A stretch of DNA of 36,508 nt. Source: an uncultured Caulobacterales bacterium (lineage in GTDB: Bacteria; Pseudomonadota; Alphaproteobacteria; Caulobacterales; Parvularculaceae). Numbering within the stretch: the stretch's first letter is position 1; each line of letters starts with the position of its first letter. This document shows positions 35,412 to 36,508 of this stretch, piece by piece. The stretch is taken from positions 12,107 through 48,614 of the forward strand of contig CAZBOC010000001.1 in assembly GCA_964493225.1 (NCBI GenBank). Direction: 5' to 3'. The translations under genes and the position numbers were made by a program. The notes beneath the pieces are model-generated. The model ran no database searches. It had not been told where the DNA came from and saw nothing but the letters and a program-made list of their open reading frames with translations.

Positions 35412-36154
35412 GGGCGGCTATCGTCATCCCCGCGCGCTACGCGTCGACGCGTTTGCCTGGGAAGGCGCTCCTCGATCTCGCGGGCAAGCCGGTCATTCGC
35501 CATGTTTATGAGCGCGCGGCTGCATGCCGCGAGGCCGACCGCATCGTGGTCGCGACGGATGACGAACGCATCCGCAGCGCCGTGTCGGCGTTCGGCGGCG
35601 AGGCGGTCATGACGCGTGCTGATCATGGCTCCGGAACGGACCGCGTCGCCGAGGCGGCGCGCGGGCTCGACGCCGAGATTATCGTAAACCTTCAAGGAGA
35701 CGAGCCGGAACTCGACCCCGGCGCTGTGGATCGCCTGATCGCGCTGCAGCGCGAGTTTTCGCCCTTTGCGTCGACTTTGTGCTGTCCGTTTCCGGCCGGG
35801 CTTTCGCCGGATGATCCGTCCCAGGTGAAAGTCGTACTCGGGCCACGCGACGCCGCCGGCGCTGCAAGCGCGCTCTACTTCTCCCGTGCGCCGATTCCCT
35901 TCGCCCGAGATCCGTCGGGGGCGGACCATTTTCTGCATATCGGCGTTTACGCGTTTTCGCGCCAGAGCCTTTTTTCCTTCTGCGCGGCCCCCCGCGGCAG
36001 GCTCGAAGCGGTTGAACATCTTGAACAGCTGCGGATTCTTGAAATGGGAGAAACGCTGCTCGTCGTCGAGATTGCCGACGCCGCCGCCGGAATCGATACG
36101 CACGAAGACCTCGAGGCGGCGCGGGCGCGGTTTTCAAAGGGCGCGGCCCGCTAG
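35408..36154 (+). CDS. kdsB: 3-deoxy-manno-octulosonate cytidylyltransferase (CMP-KDO synthetase)
   Basis: The GTG at 35408 overlaps the vanZ stop (GTGA). AIVIPARYASTRLPGKAL, VVATDDERI, DHGSGTDRVAEA and NLQGDEP. The upstream part of ORF 35111..36154 is out of frame with vanZ and is not protein-like. Confidence 0.95.
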   Translation: MRAAIVIPARYASTRLPGKALLDLAGKPVIRHVYERAAACREADRIVVATDDERIRSAVSAFGGEAVMTRADHGSGTDRVAEAARGLDAEIIVNLQGDEPELDPGAVDRLIALQREFSPFASTLCCPFPAGLSPDDPSQVKVVLGPRDAAGAASALYFSRAPIPFARDPSGADHFLHIGVYAFSRQSLFSFCAAPRGRLEAVEHLEQLRILEMGETLLVVEIADAAAGIDTHEDLEAARARFSKGAAR

Positions 36155-36243
36155 GCGCAGTGCGCCGGCTTCGACCGGGTCGGAAAGAACGCGCCGGCTC
36201 GTTCGGGCAGGTCTCGCGCCGGGGGCCGGACCGTGACGCCGCC

Positions 36244-36333
36244 TCAGGCGAGCGCGGCGAACGTGTAAAGGGCGGGCGCCATGGCGGCGACGATGACGCT
36301 CGTGCTGATCAGTATGGTGATGACGCGGCTCAT
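36244..36333 (-). CDS. Possible 29-aa hydrophobic micro-protein
   Basis: MSRVITILISTSVIVAAMAPALYTFAALA is a single transmembrane helix. On the minus strand the ATG is preceded by gagaggaaaaaccaATG, a purine-rich SD at good spacing. Very short, so confidence is low. Confidence 0.3.
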   Translation of the reverse strand: MSRVITILISTSVIVAAMAPALYTFAALA

Positions 36334-36508
36334 TGGTTTTTCCTCTCTGGTGGCGACACGTTTGAAGTAGTCGATATGCGGAGGAAGTGAAGATCTCAGG
36401 GTCGCCGCCGGGCGCTTCTGGCGAACGGCTTGTCGCAAGCAAATCAGCAGCTTTCGGCTCGCCGCAGACGGGGCGCGATTCGTCGCGCGCTCAACGCGCG
36501 CTAGGGGC

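Noticed and set aside
35258-36103. 281-aa minus-strand ORF, plus the 35111-35407 extension of the kdsB ORF
   Set aside because: They are antisense or out of frame relative to vanZ and kdsB, which carry clear family motifs. Their composition is Arg-rich.
1-36508. Looked for CRISPR arrays, tRNA/rRNA genes, IS elements, integrases and long direct or inverted repeats that might delimit the two low-GC islets
   Set aside because: I recognised no spaced repeat arrays, no tRNA-like T-arm or acceptor features, and no transposase- or integrase-like ORFs. Island boundaries therefore cannot be defined from this window alone.

Overview
A GC-rich chromosomal segment (roughly 65-70% G+C by eye). MipZ, TrmFO, a Usg-like protein, a fabA-fabB-fabI cluster and a SPOR protein together suggest an alphaproteobacterium, probably Hyphomicrobiales-like. 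About 38 protein-coding genes can be supported, and most are housekeeping: trmFO, fabA/B/I, dut, panC, mipZ, an aidB-like acyl-CoA dehydrogenase, an ABC-F ATPase, argE, galE and kdsB. I found no rRNA, tRNA, CRISPR array, transposase or integrase. Many long ORFs in the six-frame track are antisense or out-of-frame artefacts of the high GC content (Arg/Gly/Pro/Ala-rich) and were discarded. The most interesting locus is a three-gene operon at 5686-8638 whose G+C is clearly lower than its surroundings. It encodes a dynamin-like GTPase, a 320-aa helical partner with no recognisable motif, and a 98-aa beta-rich protein, and it lies between an unrelated polytopic membrane-protein gene (trmFO just upstream of that) and the fab operon. 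I do not recognise this architecture as any named system, so it is the best candidate for an undescribed GTPase-based defence or membrane-remodelling module. Secondary points of interest: a second low-GC islet (23.3-24.9 kb) with an HTH protein, a small protein and a membrane protein, followed by about 500 bp of non-coding DNA; a candidate sRNA between pirin and trmFO; an apparently circularly permuted D-amino-acid-oxidase-like lipoprotein; a MetH-type homocysteine-binding domain encoded alone behind a 22-bp AT-rich palindrome; an orphan PapD-like chaperone next to mipZ; and an envelope-glycan patch (a GT61-like gene, a C-methyltransferase-like gene and galE-vanZ-kdsB). All functional calls come from motif recognition by eye. 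No database search was run.
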